Origin: Thelocarpon superellum | Lineage: Eukaryota | Reading direction: 5' to 3' | DNA: 64,000 nucleotides | NCBI GenBank assembly: GCA_026025795.1 | Contig: JAPEUG010000002.1 | Location: forward strand, 62,001-126,000 | Shown: positions 23,690-36,415 of the stretch, piece after piece | How positions within the stretch are numbered: the stretch's first letter is position 1 | Layout of the letters: each line of letters opens with the position of its first letter | Translations under genes and position numbers: made by a program | Notes under the pieces: generated by a model | Told to the model about the DNA's origin: nothing | Database searches by the model: none | What the model saw: the letters and a program-made list of their open reading frames with translations, nothing else

Positions 23690-26600
23690 ATGCGACAACG
23701 AATACCGCAGCTTCGCCGGCTGCTACTTGGTAGGTGACCATTGTTACGAAGCAGCCTTGAGGTCTAGTTGGGTCCGATTATGTGCTGATTGACGCATCTA
23801 CTCCAGTGCTTGTGCCCTTCCTGCTATTGGTGGGAGCACAGCCGCTGGCGGACGGTGAGCCTGATCAAGTCTCCACGCCGGACCAGCCCTCGGGGGCAGA
23901 CTTCGCCCCCGATTATGGCCGCCAGACGCCCGAGATACTTTCTGGTCGGCAAGATTCATCGGACCCGAGCAGAGGTGCGTGAAGCTTCGCTGGCCCAATG
24001 GCCTTCCACGAGCTGACTCTTGCGACAGCCGCACATCTTGTGCAGGAGGCGCTCTCCATCCTTCGAGCTCTCGACCCTCCACCGCATCGGCTGGCGCGCT
24101 CTGAGCGACCGTCGGGGATGTTTGGCACGGTGGCGTACTACGTCAAAGAAGCCTTTTACTTGCTGTTCATGAACGGCCCGCCACAAGACCCTCTAGAGTT
24201 CCGTCGAGATCATGGTTCTCTTGACCCACCCTTACGCAAGGCCGTCAAGCTGCTCAAGAGCGCCTCGGACGAGAAAAACGCCGACGCCATGTACATCTTG
24301 GCCGAGCTGAACTTCTACGGCAACTTCTCTCATCCACGCAATTACTCGGAGGCCTTCCGGCGGTATCACGAGCTGGCGGCATTGACCGGGAACAGCACGG
24401 CGCAGGATATGGTGGGCTTTATGTATGCGACGGGCATCGGCGGCGCCGTCGAGCGCGACCAGGCCAAAGCGTTGCTGTATCACACGTTTGCTGCCCTCGG
24501 CGGCAACACCAAGTCGGAGATGACGGTGGCCTTTCGCCACCACAGTGGCATCGGCACGCCGCGGAACTGCGAGAAGGCCTCGTACTACTACAAGAAGGTG
24601 GCGGATAAAGCGATCGAGTACCTGAGGTCGGGCCCCCCCGGCGGCCGGATGATCGCCCGCGATGCCTATCGACTGGCCGACGAGGAGGGGGGCGTGTACG
24701 GCGAAGGCGCAAGCGTGAGCAGCGCGGGCGCCAATGCGATCCAGGGCGGCCCCAACTCGGACACGCATGCAGCGTTGGATGACGTGCTGGAGTACCTCGA
24801 TCTTCTGTCGCGGAAAGGCGATTTCAAAGCCACGTTCAGTCTCGGGAAGCTGCATTACGAGGGACGTCGGACGATGAAGCGCAACCCGAGGAAGGCCAAG
24901 GCATATTTCATGCTGGTCGCCAAGAAATACTGGACGCGAGACGGGCGGGTCATCACTGGTAGCCCGGCGGATGTGGAAGAGTATGCGGCTAAAGCGGCGG
25001 CCTACCTCGGACGCATCTTTTTGAACGGCGAAGGCACGGAGCAAAGCTTCGAAAAGGCGCGGATGTGGTTTCGACGAGGAGTCGCGAACGGGGATGCCAT
25101 CGCTCAGCATGGCCTGGGACTACTCTACCTCGAGGGCTACGGCGTACCGAAAGACGCCGTCAAAGCCGCGAGCTACTTCAAAGTCTCGGCCGATCAGGAT
25201 TTTGGGCCGGCCCAAGTGAACATGGGAGCCTTGTTGCTGGACCAAGGCGACGTGCAGACGGCGATGCGATATCTTGAGCTGGCGGTTCGACGCGGCAACC
25301 TCGAAGGATACTACTACCTGGCGGAGATGGCGGATCAAGGCATCGGACGTGATCGGTCATGTGGGATGGCGACGACATATTACAAGATCGTGGCCGAGCG
25401 GGCCGAAGCCATCCACTCGGCCTTTACTATGGCCAATGCGGCACATCAGGACGGCGACATTGAAACAGCCTTGGTCCTCTACATGATGGCGGCGGAGCAG
25501 GGGTACGAAGCCGGCCAAGCTAACGCAGCGTGGCTACTGGACGAGCAGAAGTCCCGGCTGCCACTAGACTCGATCCTGCCGCACCGACGATCACCCCCCT
25601 CTCGTCTGGGTAACGCGGCCCTCGCGCTCATCTACTGGACGCGATCCGCCAAGCAATCCAACATCGACTCGATGGTCAAGATGGGCGACTACTACCTGGG
25701 CGGGATCGGCACCGAACCCGACGATCAAAAAGCAGCAGCATGCTACCAAGCGGCGGCCGACTTTCAGCAATCAGCCCAGGCGTTGTGGAATCTGGGCTGG
25801 ATGCACGAGAACGGGGTCGGCGTCGAGCAAGACTTCCACCTCGCCAAGCGTTTCTACGACCAAGCGCTGGAGACCAACGAGGAAGCATACCTCCCAGTCT
25901 CACTCAGTCTGCTGAAACTGCGCGCGCGGAGTTTCTGGAACACCATCACGAACGGGCGGGTGAATTCCATCCGGCCCGAACCCGGTGAGTCTACCAGCTT
26001 GCTTGCACAAGCTAAACTTGCACATGTCGCATGATGCGTCCGTCACCTGGAGATGTCAAATGATCCTAATAAGCACCGTCACAGAGCCGCGGCGAGAATG
26101 GTCGTTCCGGGAATGGATCCACAATTTCGTACAGATGGACGAACACCCGTACTACCGCGACATGGACGTTGACGACGACGATGTGACAAACCCACTGCAC
26201 GACACGATGGTCGGAGGAGGCGGTGGTGGTGGAGTAGGCGGAGCAGGAGGAGACGACTTCGACGACGACCTCGGCGTTGGATTTGGATTCGGATGGGGCC
26301 TCGGGCTGGGCCTCGACGACGGCATGATTGAAAGCTTCATCATCGTCGGTCTAGCCGCTGCGCTTGCCTTCCTGGTGTATTATCGCCAGCAGCGCAGATT
26401 GGCACATGAGAATCGTCACCATCCCCACAACCAAAACCACCACCAGCACCGCCACCATCAGCTTACTCAGCCTGCGCCTCTACCTGCGCATGCCCAATCC
26501 TCGCAGCAGCTACAAGGAAGGCGAGCAGCGACAGGAGGGACGGGAGGGACGGGGACGGGAGGGACGGGAGGGACGGGGACAGGAGTACCGGTGGAAGGAG

Positions 26601-26752
26601 GCGAGCAAGACGACCAAACCCAACATCGGCAAGAAGGAGCAGAAGGAGCAGAAGGAGCAGAAGGAGAAGAAGTCGAACAAGACAGAGGCGTCTTCCCACG
26701 CCCCAATGACCCCGAATATGGCCAGTGGGTTGCGGGCGGGGTGTTGCATTGA
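23690..26752 (+). CDS. HRD3: ERAD ubiquitin-ligase complex subunit Hrd3/SEL1L (Sel1-like repeats, signal peptide, C-terminal TM; about 4 exons)
   Basis: Multiple Sel1 repeats (AQDMVGFMYATGIGGAVERDQAKALLYH; VKMGDYYLGGIG; SAQALWNLGWMHENGVGVEQDFHLAKRFYD). Spliced signal peptide MRQRIPQLRRLLLVLVPFLLL, TM FIIVGLAAALAFLVYYRQ, and the C-terminal GVFPRPNDPEYGQWVAGGVLH typical of filamentous fungi. Confidence 0.9.
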
Positions 26753-27084
26753 TTTCAGCGCGTCATGCTCTGAATTTGTCCTCCGCTACCACCACTTACC
26801 ATCACAATTCAAAACAATCACTAGAGGTTACTACGTCCCCACGTCTACTACTGATATTTTTCCGTGGAAAATGCAATTAGTCTATTTGATGGTTGCTTCT
26901 GTCTCTGCCGCTGTTCTCTATCTGCTCCCGGAGTCGCTGGGTGGCGCTCTGATGAATCGGCAAAGGGAGTAAATCGGAAAAACAGATGAATCAAGGGCCA
27001 CATTCTAGTTGGGATTTGGGAAGAAATCACCTCCGCCATCCGCGTCATAGCATGAGCTCCCCAACATCGAGATGCGATCCATCT

Positions 27085-30000
27085 CTACATCGCATCTCGC
27101 CACTCCTTGACCAATCTCGCAACATCGAGCACGCTCTTCCTCGTCATCATGTACGCCATCTCCGCCTTGTCCGCCGACATCTTGGCCTGTTCCATGGCCT
27201 TCTCCGCATCGCGCGCGTTGGTGATGGCGTCGACCATGACCTTTCCCATCTCGAGCAGCCGCTCCTTCCTCGGACTGTGTTCCTCTTGTCGAGCAGACGT
27301 TAGTATCTCCATCGCGAGAGAGGTCGTTCTTGCGATGTCATTGGGAGAGGGCGTGTCCACCGTCGGTGAGCTGGGGAGACTACGGGTTCCAATCGTTGCC
27401 GGCGTGCCAGAACGTCCAAATCGGATCTTGGGCTTGGAATGGGAACGATCCCCGAGGCTCCGCGAGTTCCCAGAGACACTGTTCGGAGAATTCGCGCCAC
27501 TCCCCACCAGCTTGGAGCCACTCATCGGAGTTGTCACTGGGGTGCTGACCGCCTTTGGCGACTCGTCGTGGCCTTTTCGAAAAAACCCGCGAAGATTGCT
27601 CATTGATAAAAGAGTCTTGTTTCGTGATGCAGAGCCATGAGATGAACGCTTCGATGACGTCGAAGTGTGGTGCGAAGCACGTTTTTCACCCTCCACCTGG
27701 CGATGGTCGGGAGTAGAAAGCTTTCCGTTGGCCGAGCCATGCTTGTTCTGAGCGTCCGAGAAGTCTTTGGAAAGTCGAGAACTCGCTTCCACCCCATGGA
27801 GATTCAAAGGCGTCTTGGCGGTGAAATCGTCGCCTCGGACTCTTGATGAGCTGCGCGGAGGAAGGTCGTCGTGGGACTGGCTAGGTATTATGGCAGTCGA
27901 ATCCGGCGCCATGCATCCCCGGGTTCCTCCTTCTCCTCCCGGCAGGCTCAAGCGCGCGGCGGCATCACCTCCGACAATCTCAAGAAAAACGTCCACGGGA
28001 TTGCCTGCTGCAGCCGACGGTACGACAATGTCGGAGTGGGCCACCTCGCCTTGTTGCACATCATTAGGGACCGAACCTCGCGAGGCAGACTCGTATGCCA
28101 ATCCAACCATGTCAAGAGACTGCGGCGCTTCGCCTGTACCCAGCGCTTCGCGTCCAACGGCCAAGTTCTCCTGAGGTATTGGCTCTCCATGGCTCTGCTC
28201 CACCAAAGCCTGGGGGCAGTTCGAATCGGCCGCCAGATCCGACGAGGCCCGCGGAGGATCCAGGAAAGGATCGTTCGCCCCAGTCGTCAGCAACATCTGC
28301 TCCGCATCCGCACTCCGGTGCTTTGTTCCCTTCTCGTGTGGCTTGGGGCCAGCGCGGAGGTGGAGGTCATACTGGCTACCGGTGGATCGCGGGCGAGCGG
28401 GCTTTTCGGGAGTCAACCGCACCAGATTCTCCTTCGAGGCCTTGCGCAACTCGTTAGTCACTACCGCCCGATGGAGGTCTCTGATCTTCTTCACGTGTTT
28501 CGGCACATGGCTGATCTCCTTCTCCGCTCCGGGCACGCCCATGATGACTCGTTCCGCGCTCGCAGAGATCTTCAGCATTGCACCGTTGCTTGGAGAGATC
28601 TTCGACAGCCGCTTGATCCGATCGACTCGGGCATCTCCTCCGTCGACGGTGAAGACGATTGACGGGCTGGCAGCTTCAGGCAACGACTCAAACCGTTCCG
28701 TTGCCCCCCCATCGACGACCTCATCGGCGTCCTTTGCATCGCTCTGCGTGGGTGTGTCACTCTGAACGACCAGCGAAGAGTCCGGTCGGTCTTCAAAGAT
28801 TTTGAAACCATCGTCAGTATCGGCTTGATTCGGCTGGGAGCGGGCATTACTCGGAAGCAGGTCGACATCACCAGGCTTGGGAGGATCACCTTGTCGAGGA
28901 ACAGGAATAAAGCTGCGGCCTAGTGAGACTTCTAGGGTGCGCTTGCTGTCCAGAGCTCCTCTCGATTTCAGAGAATTGACCTCAACGGCACGGGTCGTCG
29001 TGCTGGATGGTCGACCGCGGGACTTGGTGGGGTCGTGGGGAATAACCCGAGCCCCAGATCGGCTCAGCTGGCGTTGCAGCTCCAGGCGATGTGCTCCACC
29101 CAACGTATTGGGATGAGGGAGCTCTCGAAGGCTAGGGCGTGCTCGTAAGGATCTCTGTCGTCGAGTAGAGGATGTCAGACGACCGGAAATCGGAGGAGGC
29201 GGACTGAGAGCATATGTGATGCTCTCGGGATTCTCCTTGACTGTCGTAAAGTCGGTGAAGCCGACGACCTTGTTGCCCCCCGTCCCTTCCGTGGACAGTG
29301 CCCCGGCCGAGATTCTAGCTCGCAAGGATGACGTCCGGGTTTGGCGGGGATGGGAGAAGTTACGAGGCGTGTCCGCGTTCGCCTTCTCGAGGGCCGCCGC
29401 GCTAGCGGACATGTCGGAGCCATTCAGGAGATCTTGGGAGAGGCCAGCTGTGGGCCGCTCAAGCGGATTCTCGACCCTCACTAAGACCGGCTTTCGCAGG
29501 ATCTTCTGAGCCGAGGCCGGCAGGGAACCCGAAGCCGGGCGAGTGTCGTGAAAGAGAAACTCATGGGGTTGCTGTTCAGAGAATGCTCTCGGCGTCAGCT
29601 TTGGATACCGCTCCACCAAGGATTCGTCGTTGACTTGAGTCGCCATTCTCCGTAGCGTGGCCGGAGTAGTCGGTCGTTCTGGGAATAGCACGGGCCAGTC
29701 CTCCTGTACGTGAGCTGGTTTGCCTGGAGGCGACCGACGGAGAGGCTTCTCGGTGGCGTCAAGGAGGGAGTTGGACGGGGCGTCATGGTCGGAAAAGCGG
29801 AGCAGCGGGGGGCTAGGGAGAGGCTTGTCGGTGGGTAGGTCCTTCTCCACGGGGGAGAGCTCGGTCAGGAGAGGCCCTTTCCCAGTGGCTACCAGAGACG
29901 GGACCATCTTGGGTGAGATATTAGGGATCGTAACACCTCATCGGGCTTTGGTGCTGCCTCACCTTATCCGGCAACGTAACGATCGGCCTCAAGATGGCCT

Positions 30001-30259
30001 TCCCTTCCTTTCTGGAGCGAGGTGTACCTTCCCCAGATCGAGCGATCCCGACTCTCTTGGCCGCCAACGTCACCCAGCCACGTCCTTTAGCGGCCTTCAA
30101 GGGCGGCGTCGGCTCGCGGGATTGAGACGATGAGGCCATGGTAGGAGACATGAAACGGGGAGTGCCATGTTGTGCAGGCCGAGGTGGCGTTACATACGCA
30201 ACCTTGGACTTGTTCGAGGCCAAGAGACGGTGTCTAGCGGGCTTTGCCTGCTCCGCCAT
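27085..30259 (-). CDS. Large, mostly disordered Ser/Pro/Arg-rich hypothetical protein with C-terminal helical/coiled-coil segment (2 exons)
   Basis: Exon 1 (30259 to ~29963, MAEQAKP...TLPDK) is spliced via GTGAGG...CAAG to the 940-aa ORF. Short motifs PRFMSPTMASS, DKPLPSPP, EDWPVLFP and RQTRTSSLRARIS, and a C-terminal helix KERLLEMGKVMVDAITNARDAEKAMEQAK. Confidence 0.7.
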
Positions 30260-30637
30260 GTCGATTGGGGATGCACCACCCGTCTCTACCTGGATGGTAG
30301 ACACCTCAAAGCATGGCCATGGGAGCGAGGAGTCTGCGATGTGATTGCGTCGTGGTCTTGAGATCCGCAAGCGCGCAACAGAGTTGGCAGACGATGGGCA
30401 ATCAACATGTTGGGGTGGCAAGGGAATAAGAAACACGCGCGTTGGACGCGACCTGGGAAAAAAACATCAACATGCTTACCAGGCCCGAACTGACCAGTAA
30501 GTAATGGCGTGTCGTGGAGCCGGCACTTTGGGGCGGTCATTCACCATCATGTCTCTACGCACGACGCAGGCTGGTAGCGTTGCTCTGGAACTTCAACTCA
30601 ACTTGCAATGCCCGGCTTCCAGGCTCATTAGTCGATA

Positions 30638-31877
30638 TCAGCCCTGCCCCCACTCTCTCAACGTCCGAATGACAAAGTGGCGTCCCTGCGGACGAGTCAT
30701 AACTTCGGTATGTAGAGCACCCGAAACCACTTTCCGGCTGACCCGGAGATTGAGGTCTCTGCAGAGTTGCTCCAGCTGTGCGGCATGCGTAGGCGGGACA
30801 ATCTCATCCTTCCCCGCCAGTAACAAGACCACATTCGGCGCGGGAGAGGGTTCTGAAGTGGACCGGCCACTGGCAATCTCTTTCAATGACGTGCCGCTAT
30901 CCCAATCGCTCGTCAGAAAAGGACCAAGATAGTGATAGGGGAGCCATCGTTGTGGATAAAATGCCACTAGCATGTGACGTAGGCTGAGAAAGGGCGTCTC
31001 GAGAATGAGCCCGTGGATTGGAGAAGAGAAAGAGGAGGAGTGGGGCGAGTCAAGGTTCGTCGTTGGCCGTAGTTCACGCGCTGCCAGATTGGTGGCCACC
31101 CCGGCCCCGATGCTCTGGCCCCAGAGAACGATCCTAACATCGATTGCCGAGCACCCATACGTGGAACGGACCCATTCAAGCGCGGCAGACGTATCATATT
31201 CGATACCCGGCTGGGAGGGTCTCCCTTGTGAGGTCCAGTAACCTCGGTATGATACAGCCACCACCGTATACCTCACTCGCCAAGCCGATTCGTGCTCCGT
31301 GGCAGCCTCCTGGAGCCCGCGGAGTACAGCAGAGAGATGGGGGAGCCGTGGAGGAATCGACGAGGCATTGCTTGGTCTACGTCAGTTCTGATGGTGCGTT
31401 GACTCCTCCGCATAAGACTCACCCTTGGAAATACAATATGATCACATGCCTCTGCGGACCTGGCTCATTCTGATGAGGGATCTCGCCCACGCACAGAGCA
31501 ATGTCCTTCGCGTCACGAGTTCTGATCCTCTCCTCAAGCCAGACGACCGGTCGACATGCGTGCACATAGTCGGCGATCTTTTCACGGCGAGCATATGGCG
31601 GCACCCCTGGCATATAGATGATCTTGTTTTGGAACACAACCATCATACAGCACTTGTACAGCCACAGGGAGAGGAATAATCCGGTAAACACCAAGGGCGG
31701 AATGAACACCGCAGGCACTGCAGAAGGGAGATAGGTTCGCTTCTGATATGGCTGGAAGGCGCCCCGCAGGCACGTTGCTCTTGGATTTGGTCGCAGCATC
31801 ATCCGACCGGGCCGGCTGCGCCGGCTGTGGTGGGCATGTCTGGGCCGGAGGGGGACCCTCCCGAGCAGCCATGGCAT
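30638..31877 (-). CDS. BEM46/ABHD13-family alpha/beta hydrolase with N-terminal targeting/TM segment (2 exons)
   Basis: FQNKIIYMP, ILYFQG|NASS, VSYRGYWTSQGRPSQPGIEYD, nucleophile LWGQSIGAGVA, GLILETPF, LAGKDEIVP and GALH. Confidence 0.85.
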
Positions 31878-32609
31878 CTAGGCGGCACCTGAAGCAAAGT
31901 CCGACCCTAGCCGTGAGAAGTGTGTTGTGATATCAATCCTGCTGTTGCCCTTATCGGATTGGTCGTCGAGTCATGGAAGTTGACCAGGCTGCCGAGCTTC
32001 CATGCAGGAGAATAAGCTACGAGTGCAGCTAGCAGATCAGCTCCACGGCAGCGGGCCGTCGAGTACCTGTGGTGAAGTCCCTACCTCCTCAATCTACGGC
32101 AATCAGCAGACTTGAGCTGAGGGAATGATGGCAATGATCCCGGAACATGGCATGGACATGGTGAGGTATCTCGCTGTATGATGGACGGGGTAGTCGCTAG
32201 TCATACTACGGGTGGCACTCGATACCCGTTTGCGGGTACATCAAGTCAGGCACGGATTCAGCCAAGACCTTCCGCCTGGCATCGGTTGTCAACGCGACTT
32301 GGGCGTGGTTCGCGTTCGCACTAACGTTACCCTGACTGCCAAACGCCGCGCTACAGGCTTCCAATTCCTGGATCCGATGGCGACAACAGATCGATCACAT
32401 TTCGCCGCCTCGACTTGCGAGGCCATCTGGGTTACTCGCATCTGACTTTATGCGCCCACGAGTATGGATGTCCAGAATTTTCGACCATGCACCCTCCTCT
32501 CTTAAACCCTTCCTTTGTGTCCGGTCCGCACGGCCGCGACACTAGAATTCACGATAGATAGCCTGGCCTCGTGCTCTGGTCAAGGCACGCAAATCGTGTC
32601 TGTAACGTC

Positions 32610-34133
32610 ATGGCAAGCATGTCAAATTGGCACGTCCGTCTCAAGGCGGCCCGAATCCAAAAGAAGGCCGACGCCGGATCTATGGCATGGTCGATCCCTG
32701 CCAACCCACGTCCCCAAACAGCGCCGTCGCCCGAGTCCATCTCGACGACCACCACCGTCTCGAAGCCCCCTCCTACCAAGCGAAACACAGATGGAGGCAG
32801 ACGGCCTCTTGAAGACAGCGCAAATGACCGAGGTCTTCGTGTGGCGACCGATTCGGCTCCAGGGGTGCCAGCATCCGCCCCCATATCGAGATATGCCGGC
32901 CTCGTCTCGGCCAAAAAGCGAAAGGCTCCAGCGTCGAGCGTCATACACCTGGGGCTGTTGACCCCCAGCGAGAGCAACTTTGCCCCTGAATCCGAAGCCT
33001 TTGCCAATCGGTCCTCCACTCGTCCGTACGCCCCGCCGAAGAAGCTGCCCCGCGCCAACCGGCTCGCATATGACGACGTGTAAGTCTCGCGAGGATCGGC
33101 ACGCGCCTTGCACCTAGTAGAAGACTGACGATAGCGCCATGATAGGCAGTCGCTCACGACCCGTACCACCAGTCAACCGTCAGACTGGTACGCGAAGATC
33201 AACATGAAGGAGAAATTCTCGCGTGCCGACCTGGCCAACCTCCAACATGTGAACACACTCATCGTGCAGTGCGAGCGAGAAGCGGCGCGGAGAGGTGATG
33301 CAGAGGTCATCTTCGCCAAAATCCGCCAGCGGCTGCATCAGATGCAGTTCTTCGACTTCCTATCCGGAGTGGTGGTGAAGAAGTCCAAGGTGTTGGATGA
33401 GCTGGTGGGCTTGCCTCGGATTTACTTGAATGCGGCCGGCGTCGAGTACCCGTGGGACATACGGGCCGACGCCGAGGCGCTGCAACTCCGATGGTTGCAA
33501 GGAGTACTCGATCCGCACCTGCTCCGCGGGATCGACAGCTCCCGCAAGGTCCGCGCGGAGGGCAAATCTGCCATTGCGCATCGTCTGGAGAAGGACTACC
33601 CGGCGAGAAAGTCGTGCAACGTGGTGGGTCACAACAACCTGCTCAACGGACAATGGTGGCCCATGCAGATCTGTGCGTTGCGCGACGGGGCTCACGGGGA
33701 GGTTGAAGGAGGAATCCACGGTCAGCCTGGCAAAGGAGCCTTCTCCATCATCCTCAGCAGCGGCGGGTACGCCGACCGCGACGACGGGGAGCGAATTCTG
33801 TATTGCGGCACCTCTGGATCAAAGGACAAACCCACCGCCGGCACGAATCATTTGACAGAGTCGTATGGGCTGCAACAACCGGTGCGGGTACTTCGCTCCG
33901 CGGCCCTACCTCAGTCCAATCGCTACCGGCCTGCCAAGGGTCTCCGGTATGACGGTCTCTATGAAATTGTAGGCTCGGAGCTGCTCGATGGCCCAACGGC
34001 CATGTACCGCTTCTCGCTTCGCCGGCAGCCCGATCAAGATCCCATTCGCTATCAAGGCGTGGAAGCTCGGCCAACCGACGAAGAGTGTGCCGCGTACACC
34101 AAAATCCGGAAGCTGATCGGCCTCGCCACCTGA
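32610..34133 (+). CDS. Stand-alone SRA/YDG (SAD_SRA) domain protein (2 exons)
   Basis: Intron 33080-33145 (GTAAGT...CTGAC...ATAG) is in frame. SRA motifs: GQWWP..CALRDGAHG..EGGIHG, AFSIILSSGGYADRDDG..ILYCGT, PVRVLR, YRPAKGLRYDGLYEI and YRFSLRRQPDQ. Confidence 0.85.
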
Positions 34134-36415
34134 TTGGATCACCCATATCCTTCGAGCCTTCATCTACATCTTGTCTGTTTTTGCTGCACTGGGCCGCAGC
34201 TACCTGCCCAATGGTCGGACGGAGGATTTCGTAGAATGGCCCCTGAGGGGTGGGGCAGGAGTCTGACATCAGCACTGGCGTTTTGTTCATAATGATCGCC
34301 ACGCTTCCTGGAGCAAATGCCACAAATGGCCATAAGCCTTGGAACCGAACTGAGTATTGGTGATTGACCTCCACAAGCTTCGCTGACCCAATCTGATGGG
34401 GCCCCCAACATTCAACTTCAATAGCCGCAGACGGAGCTTCTTGCATCAATGTGACGCTGAATGTGACGCTGACGACTCACGTCAGATTCTTGCCGCCTCC
34501 CATCAAGATACGCCCCAATGGATGGTAGGCCATTTTCGGGACGAATGCAACGTTCTGCGTCTTCTGAGAGCTGATACTAGTGCTTCTTTATGTTCCAGCG
34601 AGGAGCAGGTCGCGTTTAGCGAAACTGGCAGTATGACGGTGTAGAGGAACTGGCCTGTTGTTGTCGACACGTCGCTTGTGCGTCGCGTATTCCTCCTAGG
34701 CGTGGAAGCAAGGGCGGAAGGGAGTCAGTAGTAACATAGTGAACTTTGTGGGTGCTCGCCAATTTCCGCCGGTCGCCTCGCTACCCAGTGTTTGGGTTCG
34801 AAAGGTCGCGTCGATCGAGGGTGCAACGCTCTACAGGTCGTCCGAGCTGTCGTCCGTAAGACACCTAGCCCATGATGCTATCAGAGCTGGGTCCGTCATC
34901 TCATCCGTTCGGACGAGAACTCGGGATGCAGGGATACGGAAAGCCCGTCAGGCCAGACTCTCTGACTCCCTGATCATCGTGCGCCAAGGGCTGCCATGTG
35001 AAAAGGTACGATGGGTACTACTACCTGTACCGCCTAATAGTCTAGAACTAGGCGGTCCAGGTCGTACCCTTCGTATGGTAGGCGGTACCAAGAATTACGA
35101 AGCCGACATTTTTACGACGTCGAACGGCGTGTCGGCGCTGAAAACGCCGGTCCGCCGATCCGCCACGGGCCCAGCCAAGGCGATCAGCGGCCACTGTCGA
35201 GCCAGGGGCCTGGTTACACATCACCGGGATCCCGCGACACGCTTGGGGCAGCTTTTCCACCAGGCGAATGGCCATATGCCAAGCGGGCCGCGCCAAGGAT
35301 GATTTATAATCGAGCTCAGGCCTAAGACCGCCCAGTACGGTCGGTTACAAGGCTGAAGACGGGACGACACGAGACGTGGACAATAATCCATCAAGACAGT
35401 GCACGGGTCGCACAGTCACGGCCACCCGGTGGATGGTGCTTCACTACCGGGGGCGTTGCAATGCAGCAACCACTCCGATCACTGGACCCTGACGCGGTGC
35501 ACGCTTCCTTCCGACACCCGGCCCACTGTGTCGGACACTAAGCCTCGTAAAACGGGGCGTAAAACGGAGCGGTCGACGTTAGACGTCATCGGTTATGCTG
35601 TCAATATCAGCACTAAGCCGTCAGTTGGATACGCTCTGTCCACTTGATCAGTGCAGGATCTGGCATAGACCCTCATTGGGGTTGTCGCCGTGCAATAGTG
35701 TACTTATTCTCCAAGGAAGGCCGGAAGGATGTGCGGACAAACGGCCATTGCTGCGCTCCTCTTATGTGGGCGTCCCGGACTTAGCAGCAAATCCCCGTTT
35801 TCGTGTCGGGTCACTACTAGGTCTAGTGGGGGCAGCGGTCGCGAGGTCCAAATGAGCCAGCAGACGCGGGAGCGCTTCGCTCGAGCTAGAACGAAGGTAA
35901 TGCAACTCTATCGAGCACAGACTCGTAAATACGAGGCGAGTACGAGGCGAGGTGGTTTCAAGCACGCCGATTGACGCAGCGCTTGCCCTTAGTTCTGGCC
36001 TGCGTTCTTGGGTCGGCGTAATTATGCTCCGGCGGCCATCCAGTCAGACACATCGCGTATGTTTTCCCCAGCGTCGGCGCGCCCGATGCAGCGTGCATTG
36101 GATTTGCAAGCATTTGAGCCCTGATGCAAGCCATTGCCTTAGCTCGCGCCAGGGTGCTGGGCGAAGGGGGCCCATCTGACTTCACGCCGGCACGATTATA
36201 AGCCCTGCGGGTCAGCACCCTTTATCATAGTCTACCTGCCACCGTCCTTTCACCTCCATACTTAACATCGAGCTGAGCTCGGCGAATCTACTTCGGCTTG
36301 CTTCTTGATCTGTTTCTCTCGGCCTGCCTCTTCACCGCCTAAAAAGACCCGAAAGATCTGCGGATCGGATAGTTCTCCACGAATCACCTCTCTGCCTCCC
36401 GTAGCCGACTTCATC

